Assembly: GCF_001194135.2 (NCBI RefSeq)
Contig: NC_068996.1
Coordinates: 5,270,369-5,303,803 of the forward strand
Source of the DNA: Octopus bimaculoides
Lineage: Eukaryota
Direction of reading: 5' to 3'
Length of the DNA stretch: 33,435 bases
Of this stretch, positions 22,213-33,435 are shown piece after piece (position 1 is the stretch's first letter; each line of letters starts with the position of its first letter). The position numbers and the translations under genes are program-made. Below the pieces are notes generated by a model. It was not told where the DNA came from and did not search any database. It worked only from the letters and a program-made list of their open reading frames with translations.

Positions 22213-22704
22213 TAATAGTAAACGCTTATTAATGTTTATTGCCACGAACGTCTCATCAAAACAACAAGTTTATAGATTATTAATGAAAGCATTCGGCACA
22301 AGATGAGATTGGGATATCGTTAGAGTAAATTGGAAACGAAAATCGAAAATAATGGTATGCGTTGAATCGTTTTAATAAATTAAGAATGAAAAAATATATA
22401 ATAAAAACAAAATACAGATAAAATATTAATAAAAAAGAAGAAGTGTGATAATTAATTTAGTGGTCTCAAAATTATAATTCTAGGAATTTACGTTTCGAAT
22501 GTACAAATCGATAGCTTAATAACATCAGAACAGCAGTATCGGGCTTGTGACTTATGGCTAGGTGTGTTTGAGAATATCAAATATCGAACATCCTAAATAT
22601 CATACATATATGCGTGTGCGTACAAATGCGTAATGACGTACGTATGAATTGTATGTATATACGGGTACGTTTATATACATAAGTACACATACACGCACAC
22701 ACAC

Positions 22705-22802
<98 letters not shown>

Positions 22803-22813
22803 GTAGACAGACT

Positions 22814-22873
<60 letters not shown>
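22705..22873. repeat. (AGAT)n microsatellite
   Basis: Visible tandem repeat of about 40 units. Confidence 0.97.
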
Positions 22874-22996
22874 TTGGAAAATGTGTGAGATCCTTAGTAC
22901 ATTTAAAAAATAATAAATTAAACTATTAAACTGATTAGAACTAGCAGTGAAGTCATTCGTTTCCTTTTTCAATTATATATATATATATATATATAT

Positions 22997-23006
22997 NNNN
23001 NNNNNN
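22997..23006. other. Assembly gap (10 N)
   Basis: N run. Confidence 0.99.
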
Positions 23007-23282
23007 CTCAGGGAAGGAAAGAAAGGTGGTTTTACGTTTCAAGCAAATGATTACTTTAACGTGATCTTGAGTAATATCATTGCTTGGCAGTTCTTATAAA
23101 CATGGACTGCACGGAAGCAGCTTTTTATTTCTGTAGAGATATGGCAACAATGGGTACCTCTTGTAGTAGATGTAACAATAATGTTTTGGGGAGCTTTCAT
23201 ACGACGTTTCAGTCTTCTTCCTGACGCATATTCTTTTCCACGCCCACTGCATGCAGAGAAGCTGTTCAATGCATAGTTAACA

Positions 23283-23720
23283 ATTTCTCTTGTGTGCGTA
23301 TGACTTCACTGATGACTTCCATACAGACGCCTACACTTGTAACATGTTCGATTGGGCTTCGCACCAACATGATCGGGCAAATTTAAATCAAAATCCTTAC
23401 GAACATCATTTTTCAGCTGTTCATACTCGATACGATTTTCTTCGAATTCCCTCCTCCCATCATGCACAGCTTTCCTCCACGATTAACTATCTATAGCAAA
23501 GTTTATCCATTGTCAATGATTTTTATTTTCTCCAATGTTTTCTTGATGCAGCTCTTATACCTTCATTTTGTACACTGGTCTTTTACTGTGGACAATGTCC
23601 AATATACAGAAATTTCTTAATGATTCGATCATCTTCCTTCCTGAGCATATGACTACCCATTCGTAATCTGTGCGAAAGGACTAGAGACTCTGTGCTATCG
23701 GATAGCCAGTATACAGTGGA
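23283..23720 (-). mobile_element. RTE-clade LINE 3' end (ORF C-terminus), decayed
   Basis: RLRMGSHMLRKEDDRIIKKFLY (RLRWAGH..RMxDxRxPK-like), RYKSCIKKTL, SWRKAVHDGRREFEENR, and terminal CYKCRRLYGSHQ*SHTH (CxxC...HxxxH-like). Confidence 0.8.
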
Positions 23721-23880
23721 ATCACTGTTGACGAAATCGCTGTTGACGAAAAACAAAAAAGGATTTTATCCTTTATATCTAAACTGTTCAGTATCTATGC
23801 GTTGAATAAAATTTATCTTTCTATTTGTTCTACCATACATTTCAGCATTTCGAAAAACAAACTTGTTTGTTTACATACGG

Positions 23881-23984
<104 letters not shown>

Positions 23985-25524
23985 AAATTAAATTTTCTTA
24001 TAAAGTATGTTTTTAAGTATACTTCACAATATACGAGCTGTATTAAAAAGAGCTCATTGCAAACTAAATCGAAGGATAAGAGAAATTATAGAAGGAACAC
24101 ATCTAGGCAATCAATACAAATTCCAAAGCATAATTTAAAACACACCAAGAAATAAATATGCATATAAATTTATATAAATAAATGAGTAGAATTACATGTG
24201 AAAGTTATATGTCAAAACTATGCATCATGTACGTTGGGCTCACATACTGAATGGAGAAGGGACAACCATAGAGATAAAAATCCAAAGTAAGGGCTTCCGA
24301 AGGAAATGTTCCAATTGATTAAGAATTTGGTGTTTATACGAGTTATCGGATGAGAGTTCAAAATTTAAAAGCTCAGAAGTAAATAAATTTGGTAAATGTT
24401 ATTACATAAGATAAATATACAAACTCAGTGTTAAACTCCTTTAACCCCGAGTTTAATTATTTATCTTACATGATAATATTTACGAAATTACAATATAAAA
24501 TAAATGGGCGCAAGATTCAGTACTAATCTGGTAACAAAAATGTAATTGTGATGTTCAAGTGCTTCGAAAATTTACTCTCAATTTAATAGTTCTAGGTAGT
24601 GGCAACATTCCTACAGTTTATCCCTTACTCTTCACAACGAGAAATTTGACCACTAAGTTCAAACAACTAACTGTTTTCTACCTCATTTTGCATTCATTAG
24701 TTACAGGCAGTTTATATGTTAAAAGACAGACCGAAACGAACGTGTTCTTTTTTTCTTTTTTTTCTTCTTTTTTTCCTGTACTGTATTTCCCGTAATTATT
24801 AACGAACAAATCGAATTATCTTGCATCGGCTAAGAATCGTCATCGTATCGCGAACCAACCACTTGTCTATGATTACATGTTATACAGCTCTACATGTATC
24901 GCTCTTAAACTCTAACAAATAAAAGTAACCAAATATCCAGATAAAGAATGCAAATAGTCCGATTTGTGAATTGCTAGGACAACAGATCAATAGCCTAATA
25001 TGTCGTACACTTACACTATCACTGACCCGTGTAAATGGCCAAGACAGACAAACTCAATTCTAAACAGTACTTGTCTCGTTAAACGAGACATAATAATATA
25101 TATCAGTAGAATAAACTTGAACCTCACGATATTTAGTCTCTCTGACTGTCTACTCCACAGTTAATGCAACAGCATTTGCTATTCGGAGTTAGTTACCTGC
25201 ATGCTTAATCTCTCACTGTAGCCTTTAATATATTTCATGCACATCACCCTCATGCATTATTCCTAAATCTATAAATGCCTGCAATTCTCTCACTATCTAT
25301 GCTTTTCCTGTAAATATTATTGAGATATGTTAAAACCAAACATCAAACACATCATTGTTCTCAATTTGTGAGTTCCTATAAAGACCATCAATATTTCTCC
25401 TCCTCGTTTAATTAACTTTTAAAAAAGAATAGTAGATCTTGTGAAAGTTAGTCTTAGATAGTGATGGTCAAATATAGTTCTAGTCTTTTTGTTTATAGAT
25501 ACAGCCAGACAATGTTTTGCATAC

Positions 25525-25553
25525 TTTTGCCAAAGGAAGTTCACTATCATAAG
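25525..25553 (-). CDS. Candidate exon G (29 nt)
   Basis: TATATTTTCTTAG| ... AA|GTATGC; phase 1-0 frame xYDSELPLAK joins exon F in frame. Confidence 0.35.
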
Positions 25554-27562
25554 CTAAGAAAATATAGCTAGCCGTGCGAAGAAGTCCTTTATAATTAAGG
25601 AAATGTGTATTGTAAAATTGACGATTGTTTTGTTCCATCAGCTTCCATATCTAACCTTACTTTTAGTAGGTTTTCTTTATATATATATGACGAGAGAAAG
25701 AGAGAGGGAGAGAGAGGGTGGGGAAGAAAGACAGACAGACAGAGACAGACAAACAGAAAAGAGAAGCATAAGTCAGAAACAGTTATGACAGCTACAGTGA
25801 TGTTCCAAAGGCCGAATAACTTGAAGGAACTAAAACCTGAATGAATAATATACGAATTTGTAATCACGTGATTCTAGTATATAATGAAAAAGATGATCGT
25901 GAGATGATTGTTACGGAGAGCTCATCGCAAATTGGACACTGTCTATTGTCTAAGTTTTTTTTTTTATCTCCTTCAAATATTATTACAAGAGCGGTGTTTG
26001 GGAGAATCGTTAGTACATCTCGTATAATCGCTTGTGTTAATATGCTCAGGCTCCTTTTCTTTCATTTCCCAAAAGACTTTCCTTTTTAGTGGCGATGGAG
26101 TTGATAAAATAAAAGTTCGATCAAGTGCTAAAGTTGAATTAGTTGACTAACTCTACTCCTTACTCTAAATTTTACAAATATTTATATCACTAAAGCAGCA
26201 CATTTTCTACATTTATTGGCCCTAATTTATTTGCAGTCGAAACGAAATGTAATACCTAATTTCTATCTTTATGTCACATATGCGTCGCTTCCAGTTTTCC
26301 TAGTCCTGAACGATACGAGCAGTCTTTCTTCCATAAAAGAAATTGTATCATAACAGAAACACCATATTGTTTATGCTTCATCTCGACTTCTAATTTTCAG
26401 ACAGTGCTTTAAATATTGACAGTATAAACATCACACGCACACACCAATACTATTCACTAGACTGTTCAATACAAGAGTTCAGAAACAATCAGTACATTCT
26501 TTCCCTAGATCGATATATTAAAACAAAAAAAAAAGGTAATAAAGGAGGAGAGAGGGCTATTAAATATCAGTTGCATATTACTGTGGTGCACACCCATGTG
26601 AATTTCACCAATGAGAAAATGAGAAAATCTTTTTGAATGACAGAGATGACTGCATTTGTAATGTTCGAGTGATAAATTATTGTGGGAAGCTGATGGTGAT
26701 TTTACTAGATACACAAAATTACTTTGATAGCTTTCTCTTTAAGTCAATCATACGAATATGCACTGAGACTAAGCTAAATAGCAACTTTTATTCATAGTTT
26801 GAAAACAATGATAAGCAGGTGTTATTTGTGGTTTCACCTGGAATCAATACTCTAGCATTGGCTGCTTGGTTCTTTGTTTTTGTTTTTCTTGTTTACGCTA
26901 TTTTGTATATTTTTGCATTGTTTTTGTTGAAAGATGGGCGTGTGATGAAAAAAAAATGATCCACAGTCTTTTGTGTCAAAACACTGAGCGTAGGCATAAA
27001 TCAATAGCCACCACCACCACCACCACCGCCACCCCTCACCAACGAGACCATGTATTTTTCTTGCCTGGTTATGGTGATGACAACCACTGCCTGACTTCCT
27101 CGATAGGCGGATTGAGTGACAATGACTTCTGGTCACATTTCACGCATCATTGGCTTTCCAAACCAATTATTTGATTTCTCTGTAAACATTATCAGCCACA
27201 TGAACTAACTCTATGCTAATTATATATAAATAAACAATCGCGCCTTCTTTGTGCCTCCCTATCTTTGTCAAATAAGCAATTTGAGACATTGATTTTTCTC
27301 TTCTTCCCTTTCAACAGAATAAGTCTTCAATCGATGAGATCTGTATAAATGGATGACATTATTTCAGATTTTATCCAAGACACTTCAGTTGAATATTTTT
27401 TTCTCTTTTTTTATTGAAGTTCCAAAAGCGAGCTGTTATATTTTGCATCTGAATCGTTCTCTTTTGAAGACGGTTACTTCTCAGACTTTGATAATTGCAG
27501 TTTAATATCACTTGAAACACGTCCTATTTTTTTCTTTGTTATTCTCTATTTTTTTTTATTAT

Positions 27563-27590
27563 TCTCTCTCTCTCTCTCTCTCTCTCGCTC

Positions 27591-27676
<86 letters not shown>

Positions 27677-27690
27677 CCTCTCTCTCTCTC
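27563..27690. repeat. (CT)n microsatellite
   Basis: Visible tandem repeat. Confidence 0.97.
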
Positions 27691-29562
27691 TTGCTTTCTG
27701 TTTATTTTATTTTTACACTTTTGTGTTTTACATTTTCTTTCCCTTTTTTTACTTTGTTTCCCCCACCCCATTTTTTGTTGCTCAGAAATTCTTCAAATGT
27801 CTTTCTTTTTCTAAAATTATAATTAACAAACATTTCGCTTTACCAATTCCCCTCCCGCTATCTATATAGACAATGCTATCATCTGTGAGCGTCGCAGAAA
27901 AAAGGGGTAATTCCAGGCGAAATGAAAGCGCGGTAGGGTTTCGATCCTTGGTTAATGCAAGTTCACCTTACGTATGGTGGAAATGTCTGTTGGTCAAGGC
28001 TTTTTAAAGGAAGCTCTTTCTTCCGTTAAAATATAGAGTGTTCCTGTCAACTCAATTTTTTTCTTTCCCATTTTTATTCGTATGTTGACGCTATAGAAAT
28101 GATTGAACAGTAGATTAAAACTCCTTGCAGGTGTTATTATTCTTGTCTCTTGTCAAGAGTCATGGAATCAAATCCTCTGCTGGTGTTTCGCTGTATTACT
28201 AAATAGGACACCTCGTTTTACATCAGTTTAGTTCATTTAGTTTTTAAGAATACGTAATAGATTAGCAGTGAGTACTGAACACCTGACCAGGGTCCACCAA
28301 TCAGTTCGATTCAGTCTTACTGGTTGCTATGGTCTTTTTATTTCATGTTGTTGCTTTTATCCCTAGTTCAGCCCTGATGTGACAGTATTGTGACTAAAGG
28401 CGTCTAAATTATGACCTTTCAGTCTGAGACATTTTTCTGGAATAAAAAAAAAGATGGGATACTTTATCCAATGTATATTTCTGTCAAGTTAGTAAAGTGA
28501 AATCTATTAGGATTTAGCAGCTATTTATACACGATCGAGCGAACACACTGCGGCACATTCAAGCAAACGAGATATAGCTGCTTCATGGTTTCTCGACTTG
28601 CTAGAAATAGCGGCTAAATTGCCTTCAAATTTCACCTAACATCTTAGAAATGACATGTTTGATATTGTAGTCATAGGTTTTTTACACAGAGAAATCAGAC
28701 GGGATAATCATGTCTGGAAAGCCCCTATCATCGCTCTACATAATCAGGGCCAATGCAGTAGATCAAAATGACCACAACAAATAAGTAATTACAGCATAGA
28801 AACTCATTCGCTGGAACTGTTGGTGATTGATTCTCATGCTTGGTTTATGTAAGTCTAATCACGCATAGATGCTCACGAGTTAGACTTTGCTGCCATCGTC
28901 AAGGTTTAAAATACTGCACAAAATGCTTTTATTTTGACATCGCAAACACATTGTAGCACGTTCGAGCAAACGATAAAATAAGTATCAGTTGAGTACTGGG
29001 GTCGAAATCAATATATTAGAATTAACTGAAAATTCCTTCATACCGAGTACATTTGTTATCTTCTTTTGTTTCTTTAAGCAAAATATCAGATTATTTGGAT
29101 CTTATACCATCTATTGTGTTTATGCAAAAACCTTTCCCAGTTGATAGTTACCATATCATTTTTATTTTCAAAAATTAAGTTTTACGGAATCTTCGCAACT
29201 GAAATATCAGTCGTTCTGTTTTGCTTTTAAATGTTTAATCAGCAAGCAAAGAGCAGAGTCCAGAGCGCCTTTATCTTTCATGGCCTTCAAGACTGGAGGA
29301 ATGAGAAAGTTATCCTCCAACCGGTGACCCGGCCCGAGTGGATTCTGCTAAATGCTCTCAAGGAACATATGGGACGATTAACTCTGGTAACAGTTTAAAT
29401 GTACAAGAACCCAAAATTCTGATTGCAAAATGTCAGAACAAATAACGAAACGAATTTGGTCGAAACGTGTTTCAGCGAAAGAGAACCATAGTGTATATAC
29501 ATGGCCGCATTCTAGTGACTGAAACATGTAAAAGATAAAAGGTTTTATATATATATATATAT

Positions 29563-29910
29563 NNNNNNNNNNNNNNNNNNNNNNNNNNNNNNNNNNNNNN
29601 NNNNNNNNNNNNNNNNNNNNNNNNNNNNNNNNNNNNNNNNNNNNNNNNNNNNNNNNNNNNNNNNNNNNNNNNNNNNNNNNNNNNNNNNNNNNNNNNNNNN
29701 NNNNNNNNNNNNNNNNNNNNNNNNNNNNNNNNNNNNNNNNNNNNNNNNNNNNNNNNNNNNNNNNNNNNNNNNNNNNNNNNNNNNNNNNNNNNNNNNNNNN
29801 NNNNNNNNNNNNNNNNNNNNNNNNNNNNNNNNNNNNNNNNNNNNNNNNNNNNNNNNNNNNNNNNNNNNNNNNNNNNNNNNNNNNNNNNNNNNNNNNNNNN
29901 NNNNNNNNNN
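29563..29910. other. Assembly gap
   Basis: N run. Confidence 0.99.
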
Positions 29911-29923
29911 ATATGTGTGTGTG

Positions 29924-29972
<49 letters not shown>

Positions 29973-30032
29973 TCTTTTATCTTACACGAACACGTGGGTA
30001 AGATGAGTATTCTGTAAATACGTCATCAATTA

Positions 30033-31506
30033 CACTGAACCGGAAAAGAAACGCTATTTTTCAAATGTCACTTTTATATGGTAAATTCTGAAAATTTATT
30101 TCGGGGATGTAAGTGTAAATATTCCAAGATTTGCTGATTTATGGCTGAGACCCAAATTGCAGGTCACCTTTCAGCTTTCCCTGAAAGGAGACATTGAATG
30201 TCGTGGGTGGTAGTCGCAAACAATTGTCATGAAAACCGAAATGCATGTATATCTGGAGGAGGTTATGGGTACAAAAATCAACTTGAACCGCGTTCTTGGC
30301 ATTGTATGACCCGATTGTCAGCAGCGTAGAGAGAACAAGCTATCGGCTGACTGAAAGCAGGGTAACCTGCCCTGGTTGTTGCGAAAGCGTACAATGTCCA
30401 TGTCAACACCATCTATCGCCTGCAACAGCGATGCAATAATACCAACAGCACTGCAGACCGAGCCAGCAGAGGGCGACCCCGAGTGACCACGCCAAGGCAG
30501 AACCTGCAACAACTCCGGGATCGTTTCAGACCGGCCAGCATGACAGCTCGCGAGACCGTTGGCACTGGATAGCGACCCATCAGCGACGACACGGTACGAC
30601 GTCGGCCAGCCACCAACAACATGCGTTGCCGTCGTCCTGCCGAGGGCCTGTCCTTACCACCCGCCACCGTCAGGCATGACTACAGTGAGCTACACAGTAC
30701 CAACATTGGCGGCATCAACAATGGAGGTCGATAGTCTTCTCTGACGAGAGCCAGTACTGCGTTTCCGCCTCGGATAGCAGAGTGAGAGCGTGCCGTAGGA
30801 GGTGGTGAACACTACAGAGACGTATGTGTCATGGAGAGAGACGCGTGGGGTATTCAAAGCATCATGGTTTAAAGTGCTATAGGCCTGAATGAGAGGATTT
30901 GGCCCCATGTGTTCCAAAATGTTGGTGATGGCAGAGGGAACGGCATTACAGTGCAGGGCTGCGTTGACCAGAGCCTAAGACATGACATCGTGCCCCTCTT
31001 CACACATCACTATATCCACGTGTTCCAGCAGGACAATGCTCCCTTCTACACGGCCAGGGTCACCATGGACTTCCTGTGTTAGCACAACATCAGAACCCAG
31101 CCCGGATTTGAACCCAAGTGAACACCTGTGGGATGAAATACAGAAACGGCTGAACCAGGTGCTCTCAAGGCCGTCAACTCGGGTGGAACTGGATGCAGCT
31201 TTCCTCAGAATGTGGGCACCGGTGCCAATGGCGCTTGTAAACTGCCTCATGCACTCCATGTACCGACGGTGTATGACCATTTTGAACACCCAGGAAGAGC
31301 ATACATGATATTGAACGTCACGCCCTACAATCTCAAAGTGCTGGATCTGCCCACTGCCATAACACATGACAAGGGCCCATAGACTGTAGTGAAAGTTCAT
31401 CCAAGAAAGTGACTTTATCAGATTTATCAAAACTTATCTCTGACATGACGAAATTAAAACATATTTTACAGTCACATACGTCTCGCGTTTCTTTTGTGGT
31501 TCAGTG
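30033..31506 (+). mobile_element. Full-span Tc1 transposon with both TIRs, TA TSD and pseudogenised transposase (~30306-31314)
   Basis: TA|CACTGAACCGGAAAAGAAACGC ... GCGTTTCTTTTGTGGTTCAGTG|TA; MTRLSAA*REQAIG*LKAG...GRPRVTTPRQ...FQQDNAPFYTAR...SPDLNPSEHLWDEI with stops and frameshifts. Confidence 0.93.
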
Positions 31507-31671
31507 TAAATCTTCATTTTGAGTTCGTTGCCTGAAGAGACAGTGTTGAAAATTTTCCTTTCCGTTACTTAACAATCTGAGTTCAAGTTTAGCAGATGTT
31601 GATTTCTATTTTTCTTTTCTGTTTCTTCTTCTTTGCCTGTGTGGGTGTCACTGGTTACAATATACGCACAC

Positions 31672-32419
31672 TTATTACCCTGCGCGCGTAAGCGAAAGCA
31701 GGGTATTGTAATCACTGGTTTGTCTATTTGACTGTGTATTTGCAAAATTAGTGAAAAACGGCTGAACAGATTTTCACCAAATTTGGCAGAAACACTCGTT
31801 AGGTGAGTGGCTTAAAATGATAAAAATTTGGTTTGATTATCTTCAAACATACATAAATACATACACAGATATGCGACTCTGTTTGCATGTGTATGTGTGT
31901 GTATGTGTGCGTGTGTGTGTGCGCGCGCGTGTGTGTACAGTGATGGATTCGAGTGTTTCGTTTATTTACAAGTTGATTTCTTAATTTCACCGGAGTATAA
32001 ATACCTATAATAGTAAAACACTTCTCAAATTATATGCAATATTTTCTATAACTATTTTGTTCACTTTCTTTTTCATATGAAATGACCCTCGTCTATGTGT
32101 GTACAGATCATGGTGTACCTAGGCGCGTAGACACGTGTGCGTACATACATACATAAATACATACATAGATATACGACTGTGTGTGTCCGTCTGTATGTGT
32201 GTGTGTACACAGATAGATTCCAAGATTTCGTTTATTTATGAGTTGATTTTTTAATTTCATCGAAGTATAGATATCTATAATGGTGATACTTTAAAAAAAA
32301 AATTAATTCATTTCAGTTAAAAAGCATGGGTAATCCCCGCATTGTAAGCCACGGTAAAATTTGCGAAAAAATTTATTTGTGCGCAGGGTATGCATAACTC
32401 TTCCGATGCCATTTTTTTT
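31672..32419 (+). mobile_element. DINE-1/HINE-like non-autonomous Helentron derivative
   Basis: 5' TTAT-TACCCTGCGC (31676-31685) with a nearby partial inverse GCAGGGTA (31698-31705); 3' subTIR GCGCAGGGTA (32381-32390) followed by a weak hairpin and a T run; internal microsatellites and a ~170-bp duplicated unit. Confidence 0.7.
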
Positions 32420-32524
32420 CCATTTAACTTAGTATGGCAGTAGTTAGAGGATAAAAGAAGAGTTCTTGGTTCCCTCCACATTCATGAGGAAAAATACACA
32501 TATATCACATATATACATATATTG

Positions 32525-32728
32525 ATTTCAAATTTTGGAACAAGACCAGAATGGAGTAAACCGATTTCATCGACCCCAGTGCTCAACTGGTAGTTATTTT
32601 TATCAACTCGAAATGGATGAAAGGCAAAATCGACCTCGGTGGAATTTGAACTCAGAACGTAAAGATGGACGAAATACCGCCAAGCATTTGACCCGACGTG
32701 ATAACTGTTCTGCCAGCTCGCTGCCTTA
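32525..32728 (-). mobile_element. tRNA-derived SINE (family 1)
   Basis: CATCGACCCCAGTGCTCAACTGG...GATGAAAGGCAAAATCGACCTCGGTGGAATTTGAACTCAGAACG...CTGCCAGCTCGC; colinear with 13470-13685. Confidence 0.9.
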
Positions 32729-33237
32729 AAGACATACTCATGCTAGAAACCCGGGTCGGATACTTGCAGCAAAGGAGATACTGTTAAAGACATACTTTGA
32801 CTTGATGGCTTCTTCGATCGGGAAAAGGATCAATTCTACTACCCAACTAAGCAAATGTGGGGACTTTTATTTTGGTGGACAAGATAGAAAGAAATAGTGC
32901 AGGTTGTTATTAAACGTTATATATCCTCTATTTTCAACAAGCAGTTCATCTATCACCAAAATATCTTCAAATTTTATTGGTGGTCTTGTACGAATGTACA
33001 AAAAACCATTACTATTCATCTAAAATTAATGAGATAATGTAATTAATACACACAAAAATAATTATGTACATGCTTCTTTCAAAATATCTTTCTTTTTTCT
33101 TTTTTCCTAAAGGATTGAAATCTTCACTGATTGTCTAACCGTAGTAATTTTTTCAGTTAGTATTATATTATTTCCCATCTATTTAATTTCTTAAAGCATT
33201 TTGGCTCTTTCGGCTTTTCTTTTTCTTTCTTTCTTTT

Positions 33238-33278
33238 CTCTTATTTATTTATTTATTTATTTATTTATTCATTTATTT
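33238..33278. repeat. (TATT)n microsatellite
   Basis: Visible tandem repeat. Confidence 0.9.
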
Positions 33279-33435
33279 TTGTAATCACTCACCCTAATAA
33301 TAAGCCTGAAATAATTCTAAATAATGTATATAAAGTGGAAACAAAGTTCGGGGGAAGAATTTTGACAATTTCTCGTAAATAGTTAAAGAATGGCATTTGT
33401 AAATATTAATTTTATTTTCTTTCTCTTTAAAGCAC

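Noticed and set aside
27455-27525. Hammerhead-like TTGAAGA...GAAACACGTC
   Set aside because: C3 is missing, stem II does not pair and stem I has no complement.

Overview
AT-rich, microsatellite-dense eukaryotic (animal) DNA from a gapped short-read assembly with six N gaps, most of them bordered by (TA)n. The SINE families present point to an octopus or other cephalopod; this is inference from repeat recognition, not a search. Almost all ORFs in the supplied track are artefacts of microsatellites, gaps or decayed transposons. The window is mostly a transposon graveyard: a Penelope-like element (RT + GIY-YIG remnant), a probable decayed DIRS element, three Tc1/IS630-type and one mariner DNA transposon, an RTE LINE 3' end, a MITE, a DINE-1/HINE-like Helentron derivative and several tRNA-derived SINEs. 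No intact transposase or RT ORF is present. Manual splice-site reading suggests a chain of small, phase-compatible exons on the minus strand (about 13.4-25.6 kb) encoding a protein I cannot identify. The most unusual items are a TSD-flanked tRNA-head SINE carrying a relic minimal hammerhead ribozyme, and a SINE whose target-site duplication copies a candidate splice acceptor. I found no convincing evidence of a wholly new system; these are leads that need RNA-seq and family-level checks.
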